From the IMG/VR virus record IMGVR_UViG_3300042691_021876, positions 1 to 64,000 of that record: a stretch of 64,000 nt of DNA. The stretch is one strand, 5' to 3'. The position numbers were made by a program, and so were the translations under genes. This document shows positions 32,401 to 42,315 of this stretch, in pieces. This DNA comes from a virus. Below the pieces are notes generated by a model. It was not told the origin of the DNA. It did not search any database and worked only from the letters and a program-made list of their open reading frames with translations. Every line of letters begins with the position of its first letter. The stretch's first letter is position 1.

Positions 32401-33525
32401 TTATCTACCAATCATATATCTTATCGGTATATCAAAGGTATGTGGGTTTTTAAGTATAATCGTTTCTATAAAGCAACGGTCAGCATCTTCAATGTCAGTA
32501 GCTCCTGATAAGAATAAGAAATCCCCAACGTTTCTCCATCTTGGCGTTGCAGGACCGTATACATTTGAAATTAATTCTCCATCGTATGCTATGTTAACTG
32601 GGGCGTCAAGCTGAATGTCTTTACCGTTCAAATATTCTATGTTAGCTCTAAAAGGAATACCATTATCAACTTTCATTAAACTATTAACACCAAAATGATA
32701 TCCAATGTGGTCAGTTACTGCTGGATAATCCCATTCACAATTAACATTTGTAGCACCAACTGTAAGTATTACATTAGTATCAGGATTATTCACCTCATCA
32801 TATTCTCCACGATTAACGTATTGGAAAAACTTTTGATTAGATTTCATATCACCTGATGAATTTGCGCATCCGCAAGTTGTAACATCTACTTTATCATAAT
32901 CGGGAAAAACTAAAATATACTTAACTCTTCCTTTAGGATATTTTGTGTAAGGCACAAGTAAAGTTCCTGGCGAAGGTAAGTCAACACCACTAGTATCAAA
33001 TGTGAATACGTGGCGAAGTTTAATGTTTCTTGTAATTGATCGTACAGTTAATATACCTGTTGTCAATGATGTAGATGCATCAAAAGTGACTTTAGATTTG
33101 ATTACAGTAGAATTACCATAGGCGGTAGTAAGAGCTGTTGGAAAGTCACTATAGTCGGGATCATTTATATCAATAGTAAATGATAAAGACTCTAAGAAAT
33201 TTAGGTTTTCATCATATAATGAATATTCATGAGATGTTCCGTCATCAAAAATGTTTGGGTTAGCTGCAAGTAATGCGTCAAAGCTGAACTGCTCATTAAG
33301 AGGGCCGTATTCAGCAATATCATCAATGTTAAGTAAACGCTCCGTTCCTCCTTTAAGAGTTAATGTTCCTTCTGTGTGTTCAGCTATCGGAATATATAAA
33401 TTATTAAGGTCTAAGGCAGCAAGTTTATTTACCCCTTTCACAACGCTTGCTAATTTACATTCAGAAATTCTGAATGCAAGTATTGACCAATCTGGAGGAC
33501 AAACAATAGGTGGTTTAAGTGACAT
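32401..33525 (-). CDS. hypothetical (probable virion) protein
   Basis: 374 aa, beta-rich, late cluster. Confidence 0.65.
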   Translation of the reverse strand: MSLKPPIVCPPDWSILAFRISECKLASVVKGVNKLAALDLNNLYIPIAEHTEGTLTLKGGTERLLNIDDIAEYGPLNEQFSFDALLAANPNIFDDGTSHEYSLYDENLNFLESLSFTIDINDPDYSDFPTALTTAYGNSTVIKSKVTFDASTSLTTGILTVRSITRNIKLRHVFTFDTSGVDLPSPGTLLVPYTKYPKGRVKYILVFPDYDKVDVTTCGCANSSGDMKSNQKFFQYVNRGEYDEVNNPDTNVILTVGATNVNCEWDYPAVTDHIGYHFGVNSLMKVDNGIPFRANIEYLNGKDIQLDAPVNIAYDGELISNVYGPATPRWRNVGDFLFLSGATDIEDADRCFIETIILKNPHTFDIPIRYMIGR

Positions 33526-33628
33526 TATAGTATGTGATCTTTTTACGCATTAACTCCAGGACGAACCTGTGGATTAACTTTCTTTTTTGCTTTTGGTTCT
33601 GGCGTGTATTCTAAATCAAAGTAAGAGT

Positions 33629-34504
33629 TTAAATCAAACTTTTTTTTTCACTACCATTTATATTATCTATTTCCGAAGATTCTTGAAATTCTTTAAGAAT
33701 CTCTTCTTGATTTACCGGAGCAATAGTTGGCGGTAATTTTTTAGTCTCTTTAACTGCTTCTTCCGGAGTTCCTGTTAAAACGTTTGCATCTTCTAAATGT
33801 GCAACAATTTCAGTTTCTTTTTCAGGTAAGGCATCAAGACCATTAATTTCTAAAGCATCTTCAATAAATGGAAGTTCTTCTTTATCTTCTAAACGATATT
33901 TAGAATTAGCAAGAGCCGTTGGTTCATCATCGGTATGATCTGCCGTTGGCAGTTTACCTTCTGCTTTTAAATCTTCAACGATTTGTGCAACTCTTTTTTG
34001 TTCAGCTTTTAAATCAGGTGCTTGCGTAGTTTCATGTAGTTGTTCATGTATGTTTACATCATCTTCAATCGCTGGACGAATGTAATCAACAAGAGACTTA
34101 ATAAAACCTAAAGCAACAAGTGGTAAGATTGCACCACTTATAATAGAAAGGATTCTTTTTTGGTAAAGAGGATCTTCATCTACAAGTCCAAATAATTCTA
34201 CCCAAGATTGGTAGTCTTGTAAATTTGTAAAGGCATAATATGTATTACCCATCATTTGCATACAAGTCAAAATAATGAATAAGCCCCAAACTAGAGACTT
34301 ATTCATTTTATCTAATACTATAAGAGATGCAAGAGATGCAGCTGCTCCAATTTCAAAAGCAATCGCTAATGAAATAGAAAGCCATTGCGGATTCGATAAA
34401 CTAAAGAAATCAATAACGTGAATAGTTGAAATAACACTCACAATTAGATACAAACTTACAAAAGTTGTAATTATGAATCCGTGTAGTAATTTATCTTTTT
34501 TCAC
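33629..34504 (-). CDS. multi-pass membrane protein with acidic tail (possible lysis function; possible -1 extension to 33543)
   Basis: 4 hydrophobic helices; likely GTG start at 34504; ends at an A9 run. Confidence 0.7.
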   Translation of the reverse strand: MKKDKLLHGFIITTFVSLYLIVSVISTIHVIDFFSLSNPQWLSISLAIAFEIGAAASLASLIVLDKMNKSLVWGLFIILTCMQMMGNTYYAFTNLQDYQSWVELFGLVDEDPLYQKRILSIISGAILPLVALGFIKSLVDYIRPAIEDDVNIHEQLHETTQAPDLKAEQKRVAQIVEDLKAEGKLPTADHTDDEPTALANSKYRLEDKEELPFIEDALEINGLDALPEKETEIVAHLEDANVLTGTPEEAVKETKKLPPTIAPVNQEEILKEFQESSEIDNINGSEKKSLI

Positions 34505-34781
34505 TTTCAAGTTTAGTAATTTCAGCATCAATCGCTGTTTGGCGATTAACATCAAGGATCTTACGGTCAGTAGATTGGATCATACGTTTTTCAGCTTTTA
34601 ATCCTTCTATTTGTAAATCCTTTTGAGATGCGCAAGAATCAAGTCTTGCCTCTATTTTGTCAAGTCTTTTGTTAATACTTTTAACATCACCTGAACCACA
34701 TGTTCTCACAAAGATTGCTACCAATAAGATGATAGCAATCTGTTGAAAACGTTTATCGAGTAATTCGTTTATTTTATTCAT
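34491..34781 (-). CDS. membrane-anchored coiled-coil protein (possible lipoprotein/spanin-like)
   Basis: hydrophobic stretch ending VRTCG, followed by heptad repeats. Confidence 0.6.
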   Translation of the reverse strand: MNKINELLDKRFQQIAIILLVAIFVRTCGSGDVKSINKRLDKIEARLDSCASQKDLQIEGLKAEKRMIQSTDRKILDVNRQTAIDAEITKLESEKR

Positions 34782-34783
34782 TT

Positions 34784-35341
34784 TTATTCTGCTTCATTTT
34801 CTAATGCAATTTCAGCAATAAGTTGATCTTCATATTCTGATACTGCTCCTTGGTCAATAGCATTTTGTACTTGTCCTAAATCTCTTTCCAACTGATCTTT
34901 CTTTTCTTTATCTTGTTTAGCGCGAGATAAAGCATCTGTCACAGGTTTTAAGATTGTGTTAAAGTAATGCAATGCTGAACTTAATCCTACACCAGTTTCT
35001 TTTGATAAGAAATAGTAAATAGCCTCAAGAGCTAATGTAGATAACATGATTTCTTTACGTTTTCCAGTCTCAAGATCTTTGATGATAACATCAAGCTGCT
35101 TTCTTGTTTCAATGATTCCCATTGATTCTGAAAAATTCCATTTAGCATCGTTGGTAATAAAGTCATGTAAAGCTTTTGCTGTTGTAATCTGACCTTCTAC
35201 AAGATACGTTTTTGTTTCTAATTCTGCGCGGAAATTATTTAATTTCTTTTCAAGATCCGCTGCAAGTTTTTGTCTTTGTTCTAATTTCCCGTCAATATCA
35301 ACAGGTGCTTTCTCAATAGTAAGAGTTGCTTCTTTTGTCAT
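34784..35341 (-). CDS. coiled-coil hypothetical protein
   Basis: 185 aa; late motif GATATATA at 35363-35370. Confidence 0.7.
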   Translation of the reverse strand: MTKEATLTIEKAPVDIDGKLEQRQKLAADLEKKLNNFRAELETKTYLVEGQITTAKALHDFITNDAKWNFSESMGIIETRKQLDVIIKDLETGKRKEIMLSTLALEAIYYFLSKETGVGLSSALHYFNTILKPVTDALSRAKQDKEKKDQLERDLGQVQNAIDQGAVSEYEDQLIAEIALENEAE

Positions 35342-35379
35342 GGTTTTTGTTTTTTCTTAATTTATATATCTTGGTGAAT

Positions 35380-35835
35380 TTAGATTAGCGTTTTGCATAA
35401 TTCTACAACCCAGTTAATTGCACTTGCGATATTCGAACGGAATATCAATATAAGTGTAAGATAGAAAGCATTTAAAAATACTTTCCAAACAGATAAGTAT
35501 TTAAAGATAGGATAATACACAATAAGATAAGAGTCAGAGTCAGGAATCTTTTCACCGGATACTGCAACCACTTCACTTAATCCCATTGTGTCAATAAACT
35601 TATGGCAAGGAATCATTCGCTCACCAAGTTTAATGTCAAGCATTTGTTTATCATCACCTGCATCAGCTGGACTTGGATTAAACACGGTGTAGATTCGGCC
35701 AACCCAATCAACTCGTAAATTGAATCTTTCCCAATCCGGTGTACCGCGGTACTTACGAATAGCTAATCTAAGGACAGTGTAATTTTTTACATCCTGTAGA
35801 AAGTTTTTTAGATTTCTAAATCTGAATAGTTTCAT
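35380..35835 (-). CDS. hypothetical protein with C-terminal membrane helix
   Basis: 151 aa. Confidence 0.65.
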   Translation of the reverse strand: MKLFRFRNLKNFLQDVKNYTVLRLAIRKYRGTPDWERFNLRVDWVGRIYTVFNPSPADAGDDKQMLDIKLGERMIPCHKFIDTMGLSEVVAVSGEKIPDSDSYLIVYYPIFKYLSVWKVFLNAFYLTLILIFRSNIASAINWVVELCKTLI

Positions 35836-35836
35836 A

Positions 35837-36487
35837 TTATGATATTTCTTGATTGTATAATTTAACTAAATTAGGGTCTTTCTTTAAAAGACCAGCCCTA
35901 ACAAGTTCACGAGCTTTACGGATACGAGTTCTAACAGTATTGTGTTTCCAACCAAGTTGGTCAGCAATTTCTTCATATTTCATTTTATCAATTTCACGAA
36001 GTGTTAAAACTGTTTTGTATAATTCTGGAAGATTACCAATTTCTTCAACTGCCATATCATATAGCAAATCAACTGGATGATCTTCATCAGATAAGAAAGC
36101 GTCAGACTCAGTAATAGGACCTTTAGCTTCCATGTTTATACCCATCTCTTGCATAGCATCGTATGAATATGTTTTCTTTTTACTTCTAAAAAATAGAAGA
36201 GCCTCATTTCGAGCAATACGATAAACCCAAGTACTGAAATTCCAATATGGATCATACTGGTGAATCTTTTGCCAAACTTTAGCAAATGCTGTTGCGATAA
36301 CCTCGTTACGATCATCTTGATTAGGAACCAATTCTCTCAAGTAATATGAGATGCTTGGGCGAAGGCGATGATACACATTTGTAAAATCCCTTTCGGATCT
36401 TGACTCAAAAAATGCTAATCCCATTTCTTGAAGTGATTTCGGTTTAGTTGACATAGAAGGCTGTTGAGAATTTTTAGTTAGTGCCAT
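35837..36487 (-). CDS. ECF-type RNA polymerase sigma factor
   Basis: region 2 AFAKVWQKIHQYDP..NFSTWVYRIARNEAL; region 4 LPELYKTVLTLREIDKMKYEEIADQLG...TVRTRIRKAR. Confidence 0.92.
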   Translation of the reverse strand: MALTKNSQQPSMSTKPKSLQEMGLAFFESRSERDFTNVYHRLRPSISYYLRELVPNQDDRNEVIATAFAKVWQKIHQYDPYWNFSTWVYRIARNEALLFFRSKKKTYSYDAMQEMGINMEAKGPITESDAFLSDEDHPVDLLYDMAVEEIGNLPELYKTVLTLREIDKMKYEEIADQLGWKHNTVRTRIRKARELVRAGLLKKDPNLVKLYNQEIS

Positions 36488-36523
36488 AGAGACTGTTAGG
36501 TTAAGTTAGTTGATTAATTATTT

Positions 36524-36584
36524 TACAAATATAATAATTTTATTGTGAAATAAAAAACAATTAAGGATAAAGTTATTAACAACT
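36524..36584 (-). promoter_or_regulatory. class I promoter with TTATTAACA box (36573-36581) driving the sigma gene
   Basis: -7 element TATATTTG plus upstream TTG and box. Confidence 0.7.
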
Positions 36585-36587
36585 TTA

Positions 36588-36615
36588 AGCAGGATAGAAT
36601 TGCTTCCGTCCTGCT
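36588..36615 (-). terminator. probable intrinsic terminator
   Basis: AGCAGGA/TCCTGCT stem downstream of 36632-36958. Confidence 0.5.
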
Positions 36616-36631
36616 AGTTGTTTAAGATAAA

Positions 36632-36958
36632 TTAGTTTGCTGGTTCAGCTTCAACTTTTTTAGCTTTTTTCTCAGCTTTAGGAGCAGCTGCTTCTGGTTC
36701 TCCTGAAATACCAACCTCTTGACCATCTGCATCAGTTACTTGTGTAACAATAGATGGTAATCTGTTAAATAATTCAGCAACCTCATTGTATGAAAATTCT
36801 CCAAGGAATTGTACAAGTTGGTTTAACTCAGTTTCAGAATATTGAAAACCTTCACGGTTAATCAAATTCATAAATGGAAATACCTGAGTAAATTTTTTAG
36901 TGTTTAGAATGTCTGTTACTCTTTGTTTAAACTCAGGAGTTACTACGTAGTTTTGCAT
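36632..36958 (-). CDS. hypothetical protein
   Basis: 108 aa; preceded by overlapping class II and III motifs. Confidence 0.65.
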   Translation of the reverse strand: MQNYVVTPEFKQRVTDILNTKKFTQVFPFMNLINREGFQYSETELNQLVQFLGEFSYNEVAELFNRLPSIVTQVTDADGQEVGISGEPEAAAPKAEKKAKKVEAEPAN

Positions 36959-36977
36959 ATGTCTATTTTATTTATAG

Positions 36978-37005
36978 TTTATATATCATTGTGGTTCATT
37001 AGTTC
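36978..37005 (-). promoter_or_regulatory. overlapping class II and class III promoter
   Basis: GAAC-N18-TATAAA containing GATATATA. Confidence 0.65.
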
Positions 37006-37535
37006 TTGAAATCTGAAAAAAGTTTAGACAAAAATCTAAATTTATCAGTCATGCGATAATCCATTGCTAAATCCCAATCTTCACTTTTAATATAGTCAGC
37101 AAAGTCAGCATCATCAGTTTTCATACGACGATTAACTTCTTTAGGATCATCTCCTCTTTGTATAGATCTGTCTAAACGAACTTTATCAGGAGTGTGCATA
37201 AAAATAACAACCAAGTTTTCTCTACCTACTGCATGTATAAGTTTTTCCAGCCCTCTTGGTGTTAATACTAAAAGATCACAATGTTCATAATCAGTTCTTG
37301 TTAAACCATAATACCAATCATTAAATTCATCCCACTCAATAAATTGATCAGTATCAATCATCATTTCAAAATTTGCACGTGGTATGAAATTATAACTAAC
37401 ACCATTAATTTCATTATGGCGCATGGGTCTTGATGTGGTTGATATGCCAGGACGACAGCCGGTTTTTTCTAACATTGCCGCCAGTTCAGTTTTACCTGAA
37501 CAAGATTTTCCAATAAGGACTATTTTCTTTTCCAT
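36999..37535 (-). CDS. gmk: guanylate kinase
   Basis: GKSCSGKT, STTSRPMRHNEINGVSYNFI, FIEW, WYYG, RGD. Confidence 0.9.
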   Translation of the reverse strand: MEKKIVLIGKSCSGKTELAAMLEKTGCRPGISTTSRPMRHNEINGVSYNFIPRANFEMMIDTDQFIEWDEFNDWYYGLTRTDYEHCDLLVLTPRGLEKLIHAVGRENLVVIFMHTPDKVRLDRSIQRGDDPKEVNRRMKTDDADFADYIKSEDWDLAMDYRMTDKFRFLSKLFSDFKN

Positions 37536-37756
37536 AAAGTAGACATAAACGTAAGGTAAATTACCAGAGTTTCTAAAAAGTTAAATGGAGTGTAATTAAA
37601 CTTGGTTAAGATTAACCATAGTGTGCCATAAATGGCTAAGAATTTTGCAACAAATAATAACAAGAAAGCAAAATGATTAGGTCTTTCAGATCCATCATTT
37701 ATTTTTTCGTCGGCTATTTTTTGTCTTAATAGATTTGTTTTCTCAAAGTCAATCAT
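37520..37756 (-). CDS. small membrane protein
   Basis: 78 aa, two hydrophobic helices. Confidence 0.6.
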   Translation of the reverse strand: MIDFEKTNLLRQKIADEKINDGSERPNHFAFLLLFVAKFLAIYGTLWLILTKFNYTPFNFLETLVIYLTFMSTLWKRK

Positions 37757-37774
37757 ATAAGGATATTTTTGTAG

Positions 37775-37802
37775 ATTATATTCTACAGGTTAAATAAAGT
37801 TC
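37775..37802 (-). promoter_or_regulatory. class II promoter
   Basis: GAAC-N18-TATAAT (GAACTT -35). Confidence 0.7.
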
Positions 37803-37835
37803 TTTACAGATATATAGAGGACATTTGCGGACATA

Positions 37836-37866
37836 CAAAAAAATGTATGATAATTACCATACATTA
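37836..37866 (-). terminator. intrinsic terminator
   Basis: AATGTATG/CATACATT stem followed by a T-run on the minus strand. Confidence 0.6.
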
Positions 37867-37890
37867 ATTTCTATAATAGATTAGAAGTTC

Positions 37891-38121
37891 TTAATTTTCC
37901 TCTTGTTCATCAGGCGTTTGACCGTTGCTATCAGGAAGTTCTTTGTTAGAACTTGCAATTCTTGGTTTAAAGAATGACTTCTGATTATCAAATGCTTTCT
38001 TAAACATATAAAACCCAGTGTCGCCTGGCGCAGGCTGAACTAAATATTTTGGTGCTTTATATTCTGCAGTCTCTGCTTCAAATGTAGCAAAGTCAGGTGT
38101 ATTATTTATCTTCTTTGACAT
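37891..38121 (-). CDS. hypothetical late protein
   Basis: 76 aa. Confidence 0.6.
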   Translation of the reverse strand: MSKKINNTPDFATFEAETAEYKAPKYLVQPAPGDTGFYMFKKAFDNQKSFFKPRIASSNKELPDSNGQTPDEQEEN

Positions 38122-38434
38122 TAGTCTTCCCTTCTTTTGATGTAGTTAAAGCAATAGTCTTAGCATGCTCTAAGTCTTGTTTCTTTTTGATTAAATCATT
38201 TCTTTCAATTTCTATCTTGATAAGTCTTGCTTCAATTTCTAAAATTTGTGATTGGAATGATTCTTTATTACGAACAGCTTCTTTGCGAGCTTTTTCAACA
38301 TCAGCAAGCTGAGCAATTAAAGCTGCATTTGCCGAAGGCTCAGCAGCAGTTTTAATTTCTTCTGCGTCTTCTTTAACCGCAGCATCATATTTCTTTGCTT
38401 CCCAATCAGAGAATCTCATATATGTTCTTTCCAT
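38102..38434 (-). CDS. coiled-coil late protein
   Basis: 110 aa; late motif AATATATA at 38439-38446 suggests the real start is MRFSDW (38419). Confidence 0.65.
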   Translation of the reverse strand: MERTYMRFSDWEAKKYDAAVKEDAEEIKTAAEPSANAALIAQLADVEKARKEAVRNKESFQSQILEIEARLIKIEIERNDLIKKKQDLEHAKTIALTTSKEGKTNVKEDK

Positions 38435-38466
38435 ATTCTATATATTCTTCAGTTTACTTTTGTAAT

Positions 38467-41400
38467 TTACCATTTCTTACCATTTATGTAAAGGTTCGTT
38501 ACTTCTAGACGAGCAATAACACCTCCACCAAGATTATTAGACTGAGAAGCTGGTGGCGGAGCCGCAGCTGCAGCAGCTTGTGCTGCGCCAAAAGTAGATT
38601 GCTTAGCCTTCTCAGCTGGTTTAGCAGCAGCGCCTTTTCCGTCAGCAGTGGTAGCCCCACCACTTGGTGTAGTTTTCTGTGAATTGTTTAAGTCTGCCTG
38701 AGCTTGTGCTTGTTCTTTAAGCGCTTTTGTGACCGATGATAATTTTCCTGCGTCCACACTTGCTATAGTTTTTAATGAATCAGCGTATGTCTTTAAGTTG
38801 GTAGCGTCATCTTTTCCAAATGCGTCCCATACTTTAACAAAGGCACCCATATCTTTTGTAAACTGGCCAAACGTTTTAGTGAACTTTTCAAAAGGTGTGG
38901 TAATCTTTGTCATACCTTCTGTAATTGATGCAAACTTTTTATACAAAGTAAGTTTATTATTGTCCATTTTATTAAAAGAAATACCTATTAATGTTAATGA
39001 AGTAGCAAACCCACTTATTACACCGTAAATGTTTGTTCCTGACTTACTAGACTCCTCAATGTTCTTTGTAATTTCAAGATAAGATTTAGAAACATCAAGT
39101 ATATCTTTTGATGCAGAAGACATCTTTGGCATAAACTCGATAGCAGTATCAATTTCATCTTCCCATTTGTCAATGTATATACCTAAGTTAGCAAATAATT
39201 CTGGAAATGCCCATAGCAATTTCTTTACATTTTTAATTGCCATCGGAACCGCGTCAGCAAAAGTTATTACACCTTTAGGAACAATTTTTGCATCTTTAGT
39301 CCCAGGGTTAATTACTTCATTAATAGTTGCTTGTCCACCTGCAAGTTTAATAATCATATCAGCCATTTTAGCAATAGGATCAACTATCTTACCAGTTGCA
39401 GTTATACCAGCCTCAAGCGCGCTATCAGTAAACCATGAACTACCATCTTTATAAGCTCTACCAAAATCAGTAAGTGGTTTTGTTAATGTTTCAAGAATAA
39501 GTCCAACATTCACAGCTGCTAATACAAAGTCACCGACGTTTAATTTACGAACCGCTTTAGGAACAAGCTTACCATCAACAACCTCGTTTTCCACAATGTC
39601 GAGACTTGCCATATCAAAAACACCTTTTGCAATAGATGCGATTGCATTTCCTACCTTTCCTGCAGCTTCTATTCCTTTAGTAACATACCCATCTCCCCAC
39701 AGTCGCCCTTCACCATTTGCAGCTTCTTTTCCAAATGTTGAAAGAGGTGTTACCAATGTGTCTAAAATTAATGCGGTATTTAATGCTGCTAGTATAAAAT
39801 CACCAGGAGTTAATTTACGAACTGCTTTAGGAACAAGTTTGCCTTCTCTAACTTCATAATCAACAACATTAAGCTGAGCCATGTCAGCAACACCTTTAGC
39901 TATACTAGAGATAACATTTCCGATGCCTGCTGCTGCTTTAATACCTTTTGCCATGTAACCGGCTCCAATGGTAAAAGGACCAAACCCGGTTTCACCCATT
40001 GTTGACCACATACCAAAGTTTGTAAGTGGCATTGCAAGCGCATTAAGTATCATTGCGGTATTTGGACCAACCGCTTGTATTTCAGCATCAGTTAATTTAA
40101 CTACTCTTTTAGGTACAAGTTTTTTAGCATCTTTATCATATTCCATTTCTGTGAATGATAAAGTTGCCATTGCTTTTACACCAGCGGCTAAAGAAACAAG
40201 AGCATTACCCATTGACGAAATCATTGGGATTGCTGCCATTGCTTTAAGTATACCTTTTATGCCTAATCCATCAAGTGCGTGTGCAAATCCTTGGACAGTA
40301 CTGCTTAAAGCATTTTTTAAAGCCTCACCATCAGATTCTTGCCAGTCAATTGTTTTAAATTTTGACAATGCATATGTAAGTGGTAAAAGAGCAAGTGACG
40401 CAGGTATAAGAACCGCGGCGCCAATAGCAGCGGGTACTGCAACTAATCCAAATTTTGCAAGTGCAAAACCTATCTCAGCAATAGCATATCCAAGGTTTTC
40501 AGTTTTTTCTTTTGTAAAATCAGCTTTTGATAATAACCAAAGTGCACCAGCAAAAACTACAAGTGACGCAGCTAATGATATAAGTACACCTGCACCCAAT
40601 TCAACAAATGCTGCTACAACAGGAATACCTAAAGCAGCCGCGGCTAATCCTAAACCAACTATAGCTGCACCCATTAGAGCAAGTTTAAGGCCAAGTGTAA
40701 CGGGGTCATCTTTAACAAGACTACCCACTATTGCAACACCAACAGCAAAGCCTATCATAGGTGGAATTAATAAATCTAAAACTACTGATCCTTTCTTAAT
40801 ATCTTTATCAAATTTACCAAGTCCATAAGCTGCAAGACCAATAACTGTCATAGCGGCAGCAAGTGAAACCGATCCCTTTAAAATCTGTTGCCATACTAAA
40901 CCAGCAATAGCCATAACTACCCCAAAAAATGCCAGAGGTTTAGCCATACTGCCTAGCGTTTTAACACCTTTATTAATCTGTATTGATTTCTTTCCTACCT
41001 CATTCATTACTATTGAAACAAATCCAATAGCAAGTCCTAATACAAGTGCTCCCATAGCTATGTATTGGGCAGCAAAGCCAGCAGCTACCATAACTATTCC
41101 AAAGAATAGCATAGGTTTAACTATATTAGTTAAAGCCTTGGCTCCTCTATTAATCATTACTGATTTTTTACCCATATCGCTTATAGCCCACGTAATAGCT
41201 TTTATGGCTAATATGAAAACTAATGTACCTAATGCAAATAGTGGAGCAACTAATGCAATACCAACCATTGTTAAAGCAAAGATAGCAATGTATCTGCCAA
41301 GTTTCATTAAAGTGGAAAGTGCGGTTGCACCTCTTCCAGCAAATCTATTTGCAGTGTTTAATGCTGATAAGATTCCTTTGATTGCTAGTATGAATACTAA

Positions 41401-42009
41401 TGTACCAAATGCAAATAGCGGAGCAACTAACGCAATACCTACCATTGTTAATGCAAAGAGTGCAATACCTCTGCCTATGCCCATTAATGTAGCTAATGCA
41501 GTTGCGCCTCTACCAGCCGCTGCATTAGCTGTTTTTAAAGCGTTAAGTATTCCTTTAATTGCCAGGATAAAGACAATTGTTCCAAGTGCTACTGCGGGGG
41601 CTAATAATGCAACGGCTGTCATTCCTAATGCAAATGAAAATATGCTTTTAGACATTTTTGTCATTGCATCAATTAGTTCAATGCCGTTAACATCTTTAAT
41701 ATTGTTGGCGGCATCTCTAAGTCCTTCGGAAAAGTTTACTAAGAAGTCTTTAACTTTTACACCTGCTTTAGAACTAAGAACATTAGTTGCAACAATTAAT
41801 TTTGCTATTGAGGTAGCCATACCACCAATTGCCATTGCTTCTTTAGCAGAATCAATAGCCGGTCCTTTAGTAGGACCTTCCTTAGACTTAGTGGTTTTAC
41901 CTTCAGCGCCACCTTTCTTACTATTAGTGGGATTAAGATAACTCTCAATCTTTGTAGTTAATTGAACTAACGCTTTTAGGCTGGTATTTGCCTCAGTGGC
42001 TACTGACAT
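38467..42009 (-). CDS. tape measure protein (probable)
   Basis: 1180 aa, A/G/L-rich helical repeats (~60 aa), downstream of tube and chaperones; late motif at 42031-42038. Confidence 0.75.
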   Translation of the reverse strand: MSVATEANTSLKALVQLTTKIESYLNPTNSKKGGAEGKTTKSKEGPTKGPAIDSAKEAMAIGGMATSIAKLIVATNVLSSKAGVKVKDFLVNFSEGLRDAANNIKDVNGIELIDAMTKMSKSIFSFALGMTAVALLAPAVALGTIVFILAIKGILNALKTANAAAGRGATALATLMGIGRGIALFALTMVGIALVAPLFAFGTLVFILAIKGILSALNTANRFAGRGATALSTLMKLGRYIAIFALTMVGIALVAPLFALGTLVFILAIKAITWAISDMGKKSVMINRGAKALTNIVKPMLFFGIVMVAAGFAAQYIAMGALVLGLAIGFVSIVMNEVGKKSIQINKGVKTLGSMAKPLAFFGVVMAIAGLVWQQILKGSVSLAAAMTVIGLAAYGLGKFDKDIKKGSVVLDLLIPPMIGFAVGVAIVGSLVKDDPVTLGLKLALMGAAIVGLGLAAAALGIPVVAAFVELGAGVLISLAASLVVFAGALWLLSKADFTKEKTENLGYAIAEIGFALAKFGLVAVPAAIGAAVLIPASLALLPLTYALSKFKTIDWQESDGEALKNALSSTVQGFAHALDGLGIKGILKAMAAIPMISSMGNALVSLAAGVKAMATLSFTEMEYDKDAKKLVPKRVVKLTDAEIQAVGPNTAMILNALAMPLTNFGMWSTMGETGFGPFTIGAGYMAKGIKAAAGIGNVISSIAKGVADMAQLNVVDYEVREGKLVPKAVRKLTPGDFILAALNTALILDTLVTPLSTFGKEAANGEGRLWGDGYVTKGIEAAGKVGNAIASIAKGVFDMASLDIVENEVVDGKLVPKAVRKLNVGDFVLAAVNVGLILETLTKPLTDFGRAYKDGSSWFTDSALEAGITATGKIVDPIAKMADMIIKLAGGQATINEVINPGTKDAKIVPKGVITFADAVPMAIKNVKKLLWAFPELFANLGIYIDKWEDEIDTAIEFMPKMSSASKDILDVSKSYLEITKNIEESSKSGTNIYGVISGFATSLTLIGISFNKMDNNKLTLYKKFASITEGMTKITTPFEKFTKTFGQFTKDMGAFVKVWDAFGKDDATNLKTYADSLKTIASVDAGKLSSVTKALKEQAQAQADLNNSQKTTPSGGATTADGKGAAAKPAEKAKQSTFGAAQAAAAAAPPPASQSNNLGGGVIARLEVTNLYINGKKW

Positions 42010-42045
42010 CTATGGTCTGGGGTCTTTTTGTATATATCATATCAT

Positions 42046-42315
42046 CTAAAACTTAAAGTTTGGCATAGACGGCATGTTAAAGTTTGGTATAGATGGCATC
42101 TTAGGCATACTATTACTTGCAGCAGACATTAGTGAACTTGCAGATTCACCTTGCGATTCTTCCTCTTTCTTACGTCTACCTTCTTCTTCTTCATTGAAGT
42201 TTTTCAAATTCTCCATAAGAATTTCAGCTCGGTAAAATTCCAGCCTATCTAATTCAGAAGGCTGGAGTTTTAATACTTTTAATAAAATGAACTCAGCCTC
42301 AAACCAGTTCGTCAA
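42046..42315 (-). CDS. tail assembly chaperone / gp51-like protein (probably the +1 frameshift extension of the upstream gene)
   Basis: LKLQPSELDRLEFYRAEILMENL motif; TTG start only, overlapping the upstream ORF. Confidence 0.65.
   Translation of the reverse strand: MTNWFEAEFILLKVLKLQPSELDRLEFYRAEILMENLKNFNEEEEGRRKKEEESQGESASSLMSAASNSMPKMPSIPNFNMPSMPNFKF

Noticed and set aside
38729-41941. Long plus-strand ORFs (up to 293 aa) opposite the tape measure gene
   Set aside because: Antisense shadows of an Ala/Gly/Leu-rich gene; against the uniform minus-strand polarity.
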